In this document: piece after piece, positions 46,778 to 57,722 of the stretch
Numbering within the stretch: the stretch's first letter is position 1
Layout: every line of letters starts with the position of its first letter
The notes under the pieces: generated by a model
The model's database searches: none
Told to the model about the DNA's origin: nothing
Seen by the model: only the letters and a program-made list of their open reading frames with translations
Made by a program: the position numbers and the translations under genes
Assembly (NCBI GenBank): GCA_036260945.1
Contig: DATALT010000002.1
Location: 722,638-786,637, forward strand
Origin: Candidatus Babeliales bacterium
Lineage (GTDB): Bacteria > Babelota > Babeliae > Babelales > JACPOV01
Direction: 5' to 3'
DNA length: 64,000 nucleotides

Positions 46778-48551
46778 AGGTCATGTTTCGATAATTGATG
46801 TGGTCAGTGAATATGCAAGTTTGAAAAAAGCAGGACTTTATTTAAAAGGAAACTGCCCTTTCCATCATGAAAAAACTGCATCATTTACCGTAAGTCCGCA
46901 TAAAGAAATTTATTATTGCTTTGGATGTCACTCTGGCGGCGATGTGATTTCGTTCATTGCAAAAGCCGAGCAATGCACGCAATTGGAAGCGGCGCAGTAT
47001 TTAGCGGAGCGCTATAATATTCAAATACCGCAAGAATATTTGAGCTATAATAAAGAAGCTGCGCATCAAAAAACTGACGAAAAAAAACGATATTGGCTTC
47101 TATGCAATTTAATTGCACAATGGTGCCACGAACAGCTAAAAAAAAATAAAGATGCACTTGCGTACATCAAACAACGTTCAATAAATGATGAAACAATTGA
47201 GCGATTTAAAATTGGTTATTTTCCTCAATCACCACAAGCTATTAAAGATTTAATCGACGTGATCCGCCAGCATCATTTTATGGCGCAAGATCTTCTGACA
47301 ACAAACGTCGTCTCCGAAAGTAAAGGAATGTATTATTCTCCGCTTGCAGATCGGATAATTTTCCCTATTGCGGACCCGATGGGGCGCCGCTGCGGTTTTG
47401 GCGGAAGAATTTTTAGACAGAATGACGAACGACCAAAATATTATAATTGTAAGGAAAGCCCCTATTTTTCAAAAGGCTCCCTTCTTTTTGGATTCGATTT
47501 AGCAAAAAAAGAGATTCAAGCTCACAATGGTGTTTATTTAGTTGAAGGGTACATGGACTGCCTCATGATGGCGCAGTACGGTTTTCTTAATACGGTAGCT
47601 ACGCTTGGAACCGCCTGCACCCCAGAACAACTAAAGCTGCTTTCTCGATACGCTCAACAAGTTTTCGTTCTTTACGATGGTGATGATGCGGGTAAAAAAG
47701 CAATGCTGCGCCTAACCCAGCTTTGTTGGCAGGTAAATTTGGAGCTGCGCGTCATTGAATTGCCTAAAAAAGAAGATCCTGATTCGTTCCTGCGCAAGGG
47801 CGGGAACTTAGCCCCGTTGGCTGCTGCAGCGCACGATATTTTCATTTTCTTTGTAGATACGGTCGGCTCCGGGTTTATTAACAAAACCCTCCATGAAAAA
47901 ATGGACACGATTCGCGAGCTTATTCAGATTATAGGAACAGTGGAAGATCCCCTCAAAAAGGACATTCTGCTCCAGAGGGTTGCAAAGACCTGCGACATAC
48001 CATTTCAAGCATTGGCAAGCGAAGCCCAGCGGCAGGGCAATTTTTCTAGCACCAGCGCCCCAAACGGTCTGCCAGAATCTGATACCCCTCGGCATAGCCC
48101 ATCCTCGCTGGCAATCGCACTTAAAGAAGTACCTCTCTTGGAAAAAAAATTATTTTCTGTTATAATAAATAACATGAATTTGTTAAAAAACGAAGATGAA
48201 GAGTACCTGACCGAATATGCAACGCCACCCGTGCGCGATCTTCTGATAAAACTGCAATTATTAAGAAAAGAAAGCGAACCGGTGGATTTTTCACTTTTTT
48301 TTGAACATTTATCTGATCAGGAGAAAGTATTAATGAGTCAGCTGCTTCTTGAGTGTCATGAATACGACGGACCAGAGAATTTTGATTATTTGCTCACACA
48401 ATTTCAAAAGAAAAACTGGAAATCGTTCGTAACAGATACTAAAATCAAATTAAATCGAGCAAAGCAAGAAAACGACGAACCGGGCGTTCAAAAAATTTTA
48501 ACTCATTTTCAAGAGCTGAAACAAAAACTTGTCAGCAGGGGCCTTATATGA
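46755..48551 (+). CDS. dnaG: DNA primase
   Basis: Zinc finger [36 protein letters not shown] region VYLVEGYMD...YDGDDAG. Overlaps lgt by 23 nt. Confidence 0.93.
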   Translation: MSLFNFIKGHVSIIDVVSEYASLKKAGLYLKGNCPFHHEKTASFTVSPHKEIYYCFGCHSGGDVISFIAKAEQCTQLEAAQYLAERYNIQIPQEYLSYNKEAAHQKTDEKKRYWLLCNLIAQWCHEQLKKNKDALAYIKQRSINDETIERFKIGYFPQSPQAIKDLIDVIRQHHFMAQDLLTTNVVSESKGMYYSPLADRIIFPIADPMGRRCGFGGRIFRQNDERPKYYNCKESPYFSKGSLLFGFDLAKKEIQAHNGVYLVEGYMDCLMMAQYGFLNTVATLGTACTPEQLKLLSRYAQQVFVLYDGDDAGKKAMLRLTQLCWQVNLELRVIELPKKEDPDSFLRKGGNLAPLAAAAHDIFIFFVDTVGSGFINKTLHEKMDTIRELIQIIGTVEDPLKKDILLQRVAKTCDIPFQALASEAQRQGNFSSTSAPNGLPESDTPRHSPSSLAIALKEVPLLEKKLFSVIINNMNLLKNEDEEYLTEYATPPVRDLLIKLQLLRKESEPVDFSLFFEHLSDQEKVLMSQLLLECHEYDGPENFDYLLTQFQKKNWKSFVTDTKIKLNRAKQENDEPGVQKILTHFQELKQKLVSRGLI

Positions 48552-50797
48552 TTAAAAAAGCAGTCAAAAAGACAACATCTTCTAAATCTAAGAAGATCGT
48601 ACAAGTTAAAAAAAGCTCGGTTGCCGCAAAAGTATTGCGCGCGGCTACAAGTACTATTGCACGAGCGCTCAGCAAACTTGCCCCGGCAAAAAAATCGGCT
48701 CCCGCTCCTAAAAAGCCGCAAGCTAAAAAGAAACAAATAGCAAAACCTGCCGTTGCCCCTAAAATTAAAAAAGCTGCTGCACCCGTTACTCAAAAAAAAC
48801 CTGCGCCAGCTCCAGTTGCAAAACCACAAGAAAAAAAACCTACTGCTCCAGCAGTCAAACCGGTCCTTGCAGCAACTCCTCCCGCGCCAACTAAACCGGT
48901 AGCAAAACAACCTGCGAAGCCGACAAAAAAAGCTCCTGCAAAGCCAAGTTCAGCTCCGGAAATTGATCTGAAAGATGAAATATTTTCTACCATCCTTGAA
49001 AAAGGGAAGAAAATTGGTGCTCTTACCTATGAAGAACTGATTGAGTTCAGACAGCGCTACCAACTTTCTGATAAAGAGCTTTCAGAACTTATGCGCGTTC
49101 TTCCTCAAGAGGGCGTAGAACTTATCATGCAAGAAGAAGTTTCGGACGCTTATATTGAAGATCTTCCAAAAGATGAACTTGTTCCTGCTGCGCTTCCAGG
49201 TACCTTTGATGCACAAATAGAAATTGACACCGAAGAAGAAGAATCTGGCCAAGAAGATGAAGACGAAGCAGAAGAAGAGGAAGATAAATTAGTTGTTAAA
49301 GAAACAGCCTCTTCAGCACAATTGACCGATGGCGTAAAATGTTATTTACGTGATATTGGTAAAATTCCGTTGCTCAACAAAAAAACAGAGAAAGTAATTG
49401 CGGATCAGATTGCGCTTGGCAAAAGTGAAGCGATCGCCTCTATTTCAAAATTTCCGTTTATTCATAAAGAGTTGGTAAATATCGCGGATAAATTACAACG
49501 CAATACGCTTCCACTCAAAGATATTATTCAGTTCTCTGAGTTTGACCAAGAAAATCTTCCCAAAATTGAAGAAGAAAAAATGGCACTTCTTTCTATTTTG
49601 CTTGAAGTAAAAAACTTAATAGGCAACGAAGAGCAAATCTATCGCAGTTATCGAGCTAAACTTGCCGACCCTGCACAAAAAAAAGAGATGCTTGATAAGG
49701 TAAAAGAAAACAAAGAAGAGATCAGCAAAACCATTCAAACGATCAAGATCTCTAATAAGCTCATTCGCAAGCTCGCAAAACGGATTGAAAAAGCGATGCT
49801 CAAAATCGAAGAGAAAAAAGCTGAAATAGCGCTCGCTGAAAACGATTTAAAATCGCTTGCTCATCCTGAACATCCTTCTGCTGAACAAATTGCGCAAAGA
49901 GAAGAAATTGAGCGCATCATCCGCGGCGGATTTAAAACGATTAAAAAAGTTGAAGGCGAAATGGGTATCAGCCAGGAGCAAATTGAGAAAAATTATAATC
50001 AGCTCCAAGCCGGCCTTGATAAAGATAAACGAGCAAAAGATGATCTTGCAAAAGCAAACTTGCGCCTCGTTGTAAACATCGCAAAGAAATATATCAATAA
50101 AGGCCTCCCATTCTTAGATTTAATCCAAGAGGGAAACATCGGTTTAATGCGCGCGGTTGAAAAATTCGACTTTGAGCGCGGATTTAAATTTTCTACCTAT
50201 GCAACTTGGTGGATTCGCCAAGCAATTACTCGTGCAATAGCAGATCAGTCGCGTACAATTCGCGTACCGGTACATATGGTTGAAACGCTTAATAAAATTA
50301 ATAAAATCAAGCGCGTCTTTATCCAAGAACACGGCCGCGAACCATCTCACGCCGAACTTGCTAAAGAACTCAATATTGATGAAAAGAAAATTAAAAACAT
50401 TATCAAAATCTCTAAGGAACCTATCTCTCTTGAAACACCCGTTGGTGATAGTGAAGATGCGTTCATTAAAGACTTTATTGAAAACGAAAACGATTTCTCT
50501 CCTGCAGATACGGTCGCAAGTAATGATTTAAAAGAGCGTGTGCGCGAAGTTCTCAAAACACTTACACCACGTGAAGAAAAAGTCATTAAAATGCGTTTTG
50601 GTATCGATGTAGCTTCTGAGCATACGCTCGAAGAAGTAGGTAAGGATTTTTCCGTTACTCGTGAACGTATTCGCCAAATCGAGGTCAAGGCATTGCGCAA
50701 ACTCCGCCATCCATCTCGTAGCAAAAAGCTCCAAACATTTTTCGATAAAGAGTTTGAGAATTTGGATAAAGATTTTGATAATATGCCCAATGACTAG
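48548..50797 (+). CDS. rpoD: Primary sigma factor (sigma-70) with ~135-aa Lys/Ala/Pro-rich N-terminal extension
   Basis: Regions 1.1-4.2 are present ([63 protein letters not shown]). ATGA overlap with dnaG. Confidence 0.95.
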   Translation: MIKKAVKKTTSSKSKKIVQVKKSSVAAKVLRAATSTIARALSKLAPAKKSAPAPKKPQAKKKQIAKPAVAPKIKKAAAPVTQKKPAPAPVAKPQEKKPTAPAVKPVLAATPPAPTKPVAKQPAKPTKKAPAKPSSAPEIDLKDEIFSTILEKGKKIGALTYEELIEFRQRYQLSDKELSELMRVLPQEGVELIMQEEVSDAYIEDLPKDELVPAALPGTFDAQIEIDTEEEESGQEDEDEAEEEEDKLVVKETASSAQLTDGVKCYLRDIGKIPLLNKKTEKVIADQIALGKSEAIASISKFPFIHKELVNIADKLQRNTLPLKDIIQFSEFDQENLPKIEEEKMALLSILLEVKNLIGNEEQIYRSYRAKLADPAQKKEMLDKVKENKEEISKTIQTIKISNKLIRKLAKRIEKAMLKIEEKKAEIALAENDLKSLAHPEHPSAEQIAQREEIERIIRGGFKTIKKVEGEMGISQEQIEKNYNQLQAGLDKDKRAKDDLAKANLRLVVNIAKKYINKGLPFLDLIQEGNIGLMRAVEKFDFERGFKFSTYATWWIRQAITRAIADQSRTIRVPVHMVETLNKINKIKRVFIQEHGREPSHAELAKELNIDEKKIKNIIKISKEPISLETPVGDSEDAFIKDFIENENDFSPADTVASNDLKERVREVLKTLTPREEKVIKMRFGIDVASEHTLEEVGKDFSVTRERIRQIEVKALRKLRHPSRSKKLQTFFDKEFENLDKDFDNMPND

Positions 50798-50853
50798 AAA
50801 ACAACATATTTAGTAATGAAAACAATTGTATTAATTTAAGGACCTTTTGATTT

Positions 50854-52164
50854 ATGGAACCTCCTTCGCTCTTTGATCATCTAATGTATACCGAAATAAT
50901 CGGTTTTATTATTGCGCTCATTTTTTGTGCAATATTTTCTTTCCTTGAAACGAGTATTACGGCACTGCGTCTTTTTAAGCTTAAAGAACTTGCAAGCAGT
51001 ACTTCATCTCGCTACAGAACACTCATGGCAACACTCGAAGAGAATCCACATCAGGTTCTTATTACCATATTAATTGCAAATAATATCGCAAACGTCACTG
51101 CCGCCGCATTAATTACAAACGTTATGGAGCGGATTTTTGCGCACCTTAATCTTTCTGGTAGCCTTGGCTTTTCGCTTGGAATTGGTATTGCTACGATCGC
51201 CATTTTAATTTTTGGGGAAGTTATTCCTAAAAACATGGCCAAAGTTCATGGTGCAGCATTGCTCCCATCCACCATGTGGTTCACTAACTTTATTTTCTAT
51301 CTTTTCTATCCGCTGGTAACTTTTCTCCTTAAATTTTCATCGAGCATCATTGCTTTCTTTGGTGGATCTTCGGAGCCGAGTGAATCGGTTACTTCTGAAC
51401 ATGAAGTACGCTTTTTGATCGATTATATTAATGAAAAAGGATTGATGGAGCGTGAAAAAACTGAAATGCTTCAAAGTATTTTTAAGCTTGGCAGTAAATC
51501 GGTACGCGAAATTATGGTTCCTGCAAGCGATATCGTAATGATCAACGCAGATACTCCACTCAAAAAAGCGGTAGAAACGTTTTCAAAATATCAGTTCTCT
51601 CGCTTTCCTATTTATGATGGGACAGCAGATAATATTATTGGCATGATTCACCAAAAAGATGTTTTTGTGGTAATGTCCAAAGGTGAAGAAAAATCACTAA
51701 CCGAGCTTGTTCGCCCAATTCTTTTTGTTCCTGATACGATGCGCATTAATCAATTGCTGCGCGAATTTAGAGAGCAACGCAAACATATTGCAATCGTTCT
51801 TAATGAGCACGGCATTATTACCGGCTTGGTGACGCTTGAAGACGTGCTTGAAGAAATCGTCGGCGATATTAGCGATGAATACGAACCAATTACAGAAAAA
51901 ATTATTCCGCACGAAAAAGGCGGCTGGATTGTTGATGGCGCAGTCGATCTTGAATCGCTCGCAAAAGTTTTGCATATCACTTTTGAATATGAAGAAGATG
52001 TCGTTACACTCGGCGGGTTTTTAACTTACCAATTACAGCATTTACCTAAAAAAGGTGAATCGATTGTTTATAAATCGTATACTTTCCAAGTTCAGAAAGC
52101 GAGCCCTCGACGAGTTTCTCAAGTTCTGGTAACGCACGAAAAAACGAACGCCCCAAAAAAATAA
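50854..52164 (+). CDS. DUF21-CBS-CorC_HlyC family protein (CNNM/TlyC-type putative Mg/Co efflux or hemolysin-like)
   Basis: 4 N-terminal TM, a CBS pair (REIMVPASDIVMI...; RFPIYDG) and a C-terminal transporter-associated domain. Confidence 0.88.
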   Translation: MEPPSLFDHLMYTEIIGFIIALIFCAIFSFLETSITALRLFKLKELASSTSSRYRTLMATLEENPHQVLITILIANNIANVTAAALITNVMERIFAHLNLSGSLGFSLGIGIATIAILIFGEVIPKNMAKVHGAALLPSTMWFTNFIFYLFYPLVTFLLKFSSSIIAFFGGSSEPSESVTSEHEVRFLIDYINEKGLMEREKTEMLQSIFKLGSKSVREIMVPASDIVMINADTPLKKAVETFSKYQFSRFPIYDGTADNIIGMIHQKDVFVVMSKGEEKSLTELVRPILFVPDTMRINQLLREFREQRKHIAIVLNEHGIITGLVTLEDVLEEIVGDISDEYEPITEKIIPHEKGGWIVDGAVDLESLAKVLHITFEYEEDVVTLGGFLTYQLQHLPKKGESIVYKSYTFQVQKASPRRVSQVLVTHEKTNAPKK

Positions 52165-52188
52165 TTTGCTGGTGTATATTTAAAAAAG

Positions 52189-52218
52189 TTGACTGTTTTG
52201 CGATCATTTTTTTAGTCT
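52189..52218 (+). promoter_or_regulatory. Candidate sigma-70 promoter
   Basis: TTGACT (52189-52194), 18-nt spacer, TAGTCT (52213-52218), ~40 nt upstream of ATG 52258 (AGGAG SD). Confidence 0.25.
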
Positions 52219-52257
52219 TTCTGCAGCATAAAATAGTTTTGGCTCAGGAGCTGGAGA

Positions 52258-52716
52258 ATGAAGATACATTACGTTGTATTGATCGCTTGCTGCTTTTTCT
52301 CTTCAAAAAATTATACCGCCTCGCGCGCTTCTCATTCACTCAGTGAACGGCCAGTGATGTATTTTCCCGTTCCACTTTATAATGAAAATGAACAGCGCGA
52401 AATTATCGAACACATCGATGATCAAATGGTGCAAAAACCAAAGCCCAATTGGCTTCGGCACTTACTGTGCATTATAGCAAATATTGGAAGAGCGATTCTT
52501 GAACGAGAAAATAAAGATCAAATGCATCTTCATGTGGGCAATATTTTTAATAATGTCGCTTCGCTTGCCCATGAATTTTCCACACGATCACTATCGGCTC
52601 ACGATAGAAAAAAAGCAATAGAACAATTAATTGAGCAAATCGAGGATCTTGCACAAACGCTCCCCGAGCCGGTTGTTGTTTGCGGCAAAAAAAATATCGT
52701 ATGCATCCAACGTTAG
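52258..52716 (+). CDS. Hypothetical exported/anchored helical protein
   Basis: 152 aa, N-terminal hydrophobic MKIHYVVLIACCFFSS, no recognisable domain. Confidence 0.5.
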   Translation: MKIHYVVLIACCFFSSKNYTASRASHSLSERPVMYFPVPLYNENEQREIIEHIDDQMVQKPKPNWLRHLLCIIANIGRAILERENKDQMHLHVGNIFNNVASLAHEFSTRSLSAHDRKKAIEQLIEQIEDLAQTLPEPVVVCGKKNIVCIQR

Positions 52717-53465
52717 TAAGTATTCAGTACACGCTCAACGATATGTGGCACCATAGAATTACTTCATTTGCATCTGCCGTATGCACATCACTATATTTGA
52801 TAGGTTATTTTTTAACAACGCTTATTGTGAGCGGGCATACGAAAGTGCTTATAGATTTTTGCTGCGGCGCTTATCATCTTTTTTCAATCTTGTTTGTTCT
52901 TATTTTTGTATTGAATTATTTGCACCGGCTAGAGCACACTCATTTTTATCATTGGTTTTTAACGAGTGGATGCTCGCGGGCTGAATTCATCATTGGTGCT
53001 TTTGGCGCATTATGTATGCTGATGATTGCCACTGCGTTTCTATTTTTTTTGGCATCAATTCTTTTTTTACATCATCAAACGAATGTTTGGTTTTTTTACT
53101 TATGGCCCGTATTTTGTGCACACGCTCTTGAAGGAGTATTTCTTATTTCTTTTGCATATTTTTGGAGCACACTTCTTTCACTTTATTGGTGCTATGCAGC
53201 ACTTCTGGGATCATATCTGATTTGCCTTCTTAATCATTCTTGGATCGTGATAATCGAACAAAAAACAACTGGGATTGCGCGCGCTGCTTGCTTTGCATTT
53301 TATTATTTAATGCCAGATTTGGATCTTCTTAACATTCAATCGAACGTGATGTATGAGCTACCAATAAATTATTCACAATTATTTTTTGCTACAACCTACA
53401 TTCTCTGCTATTGTGCTCTGTTGCTAATAGGAACGGTCACAGTCTTTCAAAAAAAGAATCTATGA
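52701..53465 (+). CDS. Hypothetical polytopic membrane protein (6-7 TM, His/Cys-rich)
   Basis: ATG 52701 overlaps the upstream ORF by 16 nt. Highly hydrophobic. Loosely reminiscent of ABC-2-type permease subunits, but no ATPase partner is adjacent. Confidence 0.5.
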   Translation: MHPTLVSIQYTLNDMWHHRITSFASAVCTSLYLIGYFLTTLIVSGHTKVLIDFCCGAYHLFSILFVLIFVLNYLHRLEHTHFYHWFLTSGCSRAEFIIGAFGALCMLMIATAFLFFLASILFLHHQTNVWFFYLWPVFCAHALEGVFLISFAYFWSTLLSLYWCYAALLGSYLICLLNHSWIVIIEQKTTGIARAACFAFYYLMPDLDLLNIQSNVMYELPINYSQLFFATTYILCYCALLLIGTVTVFQKKNL

Positions 53466-53645
53466 TCAAAATACTTGCGCAATCCCACTATTTCAAACTT
53501 CAGAATTAAAAACTATCTAAAAATTGCCACTTTACGGGTTGGCCGAAAAACGCCCGCTAGACAATTTCTTAAGATCAATTTACAATTATAAATAGAATCA
53601 AAAAACTCATTTTTTACCCTTTTTTTACATAAGAACACAACGATT

Positions 53646-55436
53646 ATGTCAGCTTCAAAAATTCGTAATATTGCAATTATTGCTCACGTTGACCATGGTA
53701 AAACTACCCTGGTTGATAAACTCTTGCGCCAATCGGGCACTTTGACCGACATGCAAACGGACCGCGTTATGGACTCAAACGCCATTGAAAAAGAACGTGG
53801 TATTACCATTTTGGCAAAACAAACCGGTATCTATTATAACGATTACAATATCAATATCGTTGATACCCCAGGACATACCGACTTTGGTGGTGAGGTTGAG
53901 CGTACATTGCAAATGGTTGAAGGCTTTTTACTTCTCGTAGATGCAGCTGAGGGTGTTCTTCCAGGAACCCGTTTCGTTTTGCGTAAAGCGCTTGAACTGA
54001 ACCTGAAGCCGATCGTTCTTATCAATAAAATTGACCGTCCCGATGCAAATATTGATCACACCGAAAATGCGGTGCACGATCTGTTTCTCGATTTAGCCAC
54101 CGATTCTTCCCAACTTGATTTTCCATTGCTTTATGGTTCATCTAAGCTCGGTTTTGCTGGTTACGACAAATCGGCTCGCTCAGGCGATATGAACCCTCTT
54201 TTTGATGCAATTATCAAAAACGTTCCGGCTCCAAAACCGTATGCCGATTACTTGCAAATGCTTGTTACCAGCTTAGATTATTCAGACTTCCTGGGAATTG
54301 TTGCTATCGGGCGGGTTTTCAGTGGTTCGATGAAAGTTGGCCAAGATATTGTTTGCTGCAAAGATACTACGATCAGCAAGCCAACAAGAATTACAAAAAT
54401 TTATACATTCCATGGTCTTCAAAGAAAAGAAACACCGGAAGTAAGCTACGGCCAAATCGTGGCAGTAACTGGATTTAACGAACCCGTAACTATTGGTATG
54501 ACTCTTTGCCAGCTTGATCAGCCGCACCCATACCCATACGTTTCTATCGATGAACCGACCTTATCTGTCTTCGTTTCGGTAAACGATTCCCCATTTAGCG
54601 GCAGAGATGGAAAACTTCTAACCTCTCGCCAAATCAAAGATCGCCTTGAAAAAGAGCTAAAAATTAACGTCGCATTGCGCGTTGAGCCAACAGATTCGCC
54701 CGAAACCTTTAAAGTTTCAGGACGCGGCCAACTGCACTTGGGCATTTTATTTGAAAATATGCGCCGCGAAGGCTTCGAATTCCAACTTTCTGCGCCTGAA
54801 GTTATCTATAAAACGATCGATGGCGAAAAATGCGAACCGATCGAATACGTTGTTATCGATATTGATCCTGAATACCAGGGGATCATTATGGAACGCTTGG
54901 GCAAAAAGAAAGCTGAGCTTAAAAATCTTATTCAGCAGCACAACGGCCGCTTGCGTATGGAGTTTGAAATTCCAGCACGCGGGCTTCTTGGATTCCGTTC
55001 GCAGTTCTTAACCGATACGCGCGGAACCGGCTTATTCACAACTCAATTCCATGGCTATCAACCGTACAAGGGTGATATCCCTGGCCGCACTAAAGGTGCA
55101 ATGGTTTCGATGGATAACGGCGTTGCAACTGCGTATGCACTCGATAACTTACAAGATCGGGGCACGCTTTTTGTCAGCCCTACTGACGAAATTTATGAAG
55201 GCATGATCGTTGGTGAAAACAGCCGCGATAATGATATGGATGTCAATCCATGTAAAGCGAAAAAGTTAACAAACATGCGCGCATCAGGATCTGATGATCT
55301 TATTAAGATTACTCCAGCGCGCTTCATGGAGCTTGAACGCTGCATGGAATGGATTCAACCTGATGAATTGATCGAAGTAACACCGCATCATATTAGATTG
55401 CGCAAAAAAGCATTACGCGCTTCAATGCGAAAATAA
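53646..55436 (+). CDS. typA: Translational GTPase TypA/BipA
   Basis: [14 protein letters not shown] and NKID G-motifs, plus EF-G-like domains. Confidence 0.95.
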   Translation: MSASKIRNIAIIAHVDHGKTTLVDKLLRQSGTLTDMQTDRVMDSNAIEKERGITILAKQTGIYYNDYNINIVDTPGHTDFGGEVERTLQMVEGFLLLVDAAEGVLPGTRFVLRKALELNLKPIVLINKIDRPDANIDHTENAVHDLFLDLATDSSQLDFPLLYGSSKLGFAGYDKSARSGDMNPLFDAIIKNVPAPKPYADYLQMLVTSLDYSDFLGIVAIGRVFSGSMKVGQDIVCCKDTTISKPTRITKIYTFHGLQRKETPEVSYGQIVAVTGFNEPVTIGMTLCQLDQPHPYPYVSIDEPTLSVFVSVNDSPFSGRDGKLLTSRQIKDRLEKELKINVALRVEPTDSPETFKVSGRGQLHLGILFENMRREGFEFQLSAPEVIYKTIDGEKCEPIEYVVIDIDPEYQGIIMERLGKKKAELKNLIQQHNGRLRMEFEIPARGLLGFRSQFLTDTRGTGLFTTQFHGYQPYKGDIPGRTKGAMVSMDNGVATAYALDNLQDRGTLFVSPTDEIYEGMIVGENSRDNDMDVNPCKAKKLTNMRASGSDDLIKITPARFMELERCMEWIQPDELIEVTPHHIRLRKKALRASMRK

Positions 55437-55452
55437 CGTTTATCATTTTTTC

Positions 55453-56205
55453 ATGGCACGCTACAAATTTATTTTAGCATATGATGGCACTGCGTATTCA
55501 GGTTGGCAACAGCAGCCTAATAACTCTGCCGTTAGTAATGTGCTTGAAAAAAAATTTAAAGAAGTTTTTTTTCGGCCAATTTCTGTCATCGGCGCATCGC
55601 GCACTGATGCTGGAGTGCATGCACTTGGGCAAGTTGTTATTTTTGATTCTGAACTTTCAATAGAACCTTATGCGCTTGAACGGGCTTGGAATAACAAGTT
55701 GCCCAACGATTTGCTTATTCGTTCAATCGAATATGCGCCAACATCATTCCACCCTCAGGCAAACGTTAAACAAAAAGAATATTGGTATCATTTTTTTCTG
55801 CATCGTCCACTGCCATTTGCTGCGCGCTATGGATTTTGGATGCGGCATGAAATCGATCTAAAAAAGTTAAACGATGCTTTGCAAATTTTTGTAGGGACGC
55901 ATGATTTCCGTTCATTTTGCAGCGGTGAACAACCAACAACCATACGCACAGTAGATGAGATTTCGGTCGACTATATAAAAAGATTCGGTGTTTATCGGAT
56001 TAAAGTTCGTGGCCCTAAATTTTTGCGGTATATGATTCGTAGAATGGTTGGCGCAGCACTTGAAGTTTCATCGCGACCTGAGTTATCAATAAGATATATC
56101 GAAGAAATATTGAATGCGAAAAACCCTGAGCATACGCTTCCAAATGCGCCGGCTCATGGATTAATGCTCGCTCACATTGAATATAATGAAGGATCTCATG
56201 AGTAA
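55453..56205 (+). CDS. truA: tRNA pseudouridine(38-40) synthase
   Basis: ILAYDGTAYSGWQ, GASRTDAGVHALGQV (catalytic Asp), FLRYMIRRMVG. Confidence 0.92.
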   Translation: MARYKFILAYDGTAYSGWQQQPNNSAVSNVLEKKFKEVFFRPISVIGASRTDAGVHALGQVVIFDSELSIEPYALERAWNNKLPNDLLIRSIEYAPTSFHPQANVKQKEYWYHFFLHRPLPFAARYGFWMRHEIDLKKLNDALQIFVGTHDFRSFCSGEQPTTIRTVDEISVDYIKRFGVYRIKVRGPKFLRYMIRRMVGAALEVSSRPELSIRYIEEILNAKNPEHTLPNAPAHGLMLAHIEYNEGSHE

Positions 56206-56764
56206 ATTCACTCGTAGTCGCCTGCTCGCTTTTGCTCTAGCAATTTCAGTTATGGTTGGCGGCGGCATAATTGCAGTTCATCACTATGTTGCAAAATCAA
56301 AAATTGAAATTTTAGATTTTGATGAAAATAGAGATAAATCGTTCATTCTAGATATTTTCAAGAACGATTGGTACTGGCTGGTAAGTGAATATTCAACCGA
56401 TTTTTCTCCCGAATATATGATGCATTATCGCGCATCATCAAAAAGCGCAGAGAATATTGGTGATCTTACGATAAAAGTAATTTATGAAAACGGAAAACCT
56501 GTTGGATTTACTGCATACCATAAATTATCGCTCTATATTGGACGTATTATCTTCGTAGCTGTAGATAAAAATTTCCGTTCCAAAGGATATGGATATAAAT
56601 TGCTACAATTGGCGGTTGATGATCTAAAATCACGCGGCGCACAAAAAATTCGCCTCGTAACACGTACGAACAATGCACCTGGAATCAAGCTTTACACACG
56701 TTTCGGGTTTAAAGAAACAAGTCGGGATGAAGATGGATTTGTTTATTTCCAATATGAGGTATAA
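56198..56764 (+). CDS. GNAT-family N-acetyltransferase with N-terminal TM anchor
   Basis: ATG 56198 follows AAGGA and overlaps the truA stop. N-terminus SRLLAFALAISVMVGGGIIAV. Acetyl-CoA motif VAVDKNFRSKGYGYKLL. Confidence 0.75.
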   Translation: MSKFTRSRLLAFALAISVMVGGGIIAVHHYVAKSKIEILDFDENRDKSFILDIFKNDWYWLVSEYSTDFSPEYMMHYRASSKSAENIGDLTIKVIYENGKPVGFTAYHKLSLYIGRIIFVAVDKNFRSKGYGYKLLQLAVDDLKSRGAQKIRLVTRTNNAPGIKLYTRFGFKETSRDEDGFVYFQYEV

Positions 56765-56788
56765 ACTATCGGCGTAAATCACAAAAAA

Positions 56789-57703
56789 ATGGTAGCGGTA
56801 ATGAAAAGCATTCATAAGATGAAAAAAAATATTTTTTTTTGTTTTCTCAGTTCTTATTTTTTATGGGCAACAGTAAGTGCTCTTCAAGCAAATGACCAAA
56901 TTAAGCAAGGAAATCTTGCACTTCCAACTTCGCAGCGCCCAGGTCCACTCTATGGATTTGGCCAAAATGTTTTTCAGCGTGGTGATTTGCTCGGATTAAT
57001 GTTCATTCCGTTCATTGGAAAGAAACATGAACAATTCACCGAAATTAATTCAGGAATTCTTTACGGAATTAATAATAGTTCATCAATTTTTGTGCTAATT
57101 GAATCTTCACCTCAATATAAAGTCAATAATAATCGCGCATCGGGTATTGAAGATATGTTCATTCAATATGAATATGCCCCCTATTTTAAACGAAACTATA
57201 GATCAAGCGATTATTTTACTGTCGTTGCAACTCTCTTTATGCCCACCGGCCCTGTGTTAAAACTACCTCGCGCATTTGGCTCGCCGTCATTCTTTTTTGG
57301 CGCGACAGTGGGAACAGTCCGCGAGCAATGGTACATCTACACTTCTCACGGTGCACTTATAACAACAAGTCACAAAGGCACAAAAATTGGGAACGAGATT
57401 GTATATCAGTTTGGATTGGGAAAAAATATTGCATATAGATCTGATAAATGGATTCTAAATTGGTTGGTCGAATTTTTTGGGCTTTATTCATTCAAAGATA
57501 AAATTCACCGTATGATAGATCCAAATACTGGCGGAAACGTAATTTCAATTATTCCCTCGCTCTGGTTTTCTAACCAGCGCTTCATTTTACAAGTCGGCTG
57601 CGGGTTCGTGCCAGCTCAGAATCAAAACGGAATACAAAATAAATTCACCTATTTTGGAGCGGTCAATCTTGTGTGGAAATTTGCAGGGCCAGCTTTACAT
57701 TAA
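56789..57703 (+). CDS. Putative outer-membrane beta-barrel protein
   Basis: Three in-frame ATGs (56789, 56801, 56819). Signal peptide MKKNIFFCFLSSYFLWATVSALQA. Alternating aromatic/Gly strands, with ...AVNLVWKF near the C-terminus. Family uncertain. Confidence 0.5.
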   Translation: MVAVMKSIHKMKKNIFFCFLSSYFLWATVSALQANDQIKQGNLALPTSQRPGPLYGFGQNVFQRGDLLGLMFIPFIGKKHEQFTEINSGILYGINNSSSIFVLIESSPQYKVNNNRASGIEDMFIQYEYAPYFKRNYRSSDYFTVVATLFMPTGPVLKLPRAFGSPSFFFGATVGTVREQWYIYTSHGALITTSHKGTKIGNEIVYQFGLGKNIAYRSDKWILNWLVEFFGLYSFKDKIHRMIDPNTGGNVISIIPSLWFSNQRFILQVGCGFVPAQNQNGIQNKFTYFGAVNLVWKFAGPALH

Positions 57704-57722
57704 ATAGGGAGCTTGTACGGTT

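Noticed and set aside
48509-48993. Minus-strand ORFs 48509..48910 (133 aa) and 48790..48993 (67 aa), and an apparent periodic AAA/GC(N)/CC(N) DNA repeat
   Set aside because: They lie antisense to the Lys/Ala/Pro low-complexity tail of rpoD. The translations (Phe/Cys/Arg/Gly-rich) are mirror-image artefacts. The periodicity is codon repetition, not a tandem repeat or CRISPR array.
52258-53465. Considered the overlapping pair (152-aa exported protein plus 254-aa His/Cys-rich polytopic protein) as the processing enzyme (exosortase/rhombosortase-like) for the FVWWK tails, or as a toxin-immunity pair
   Set aside because: I cannot recognise any catalytic signature of those families, and there is no physical linkage to the FVWWK genes. 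Left as hypothetical.
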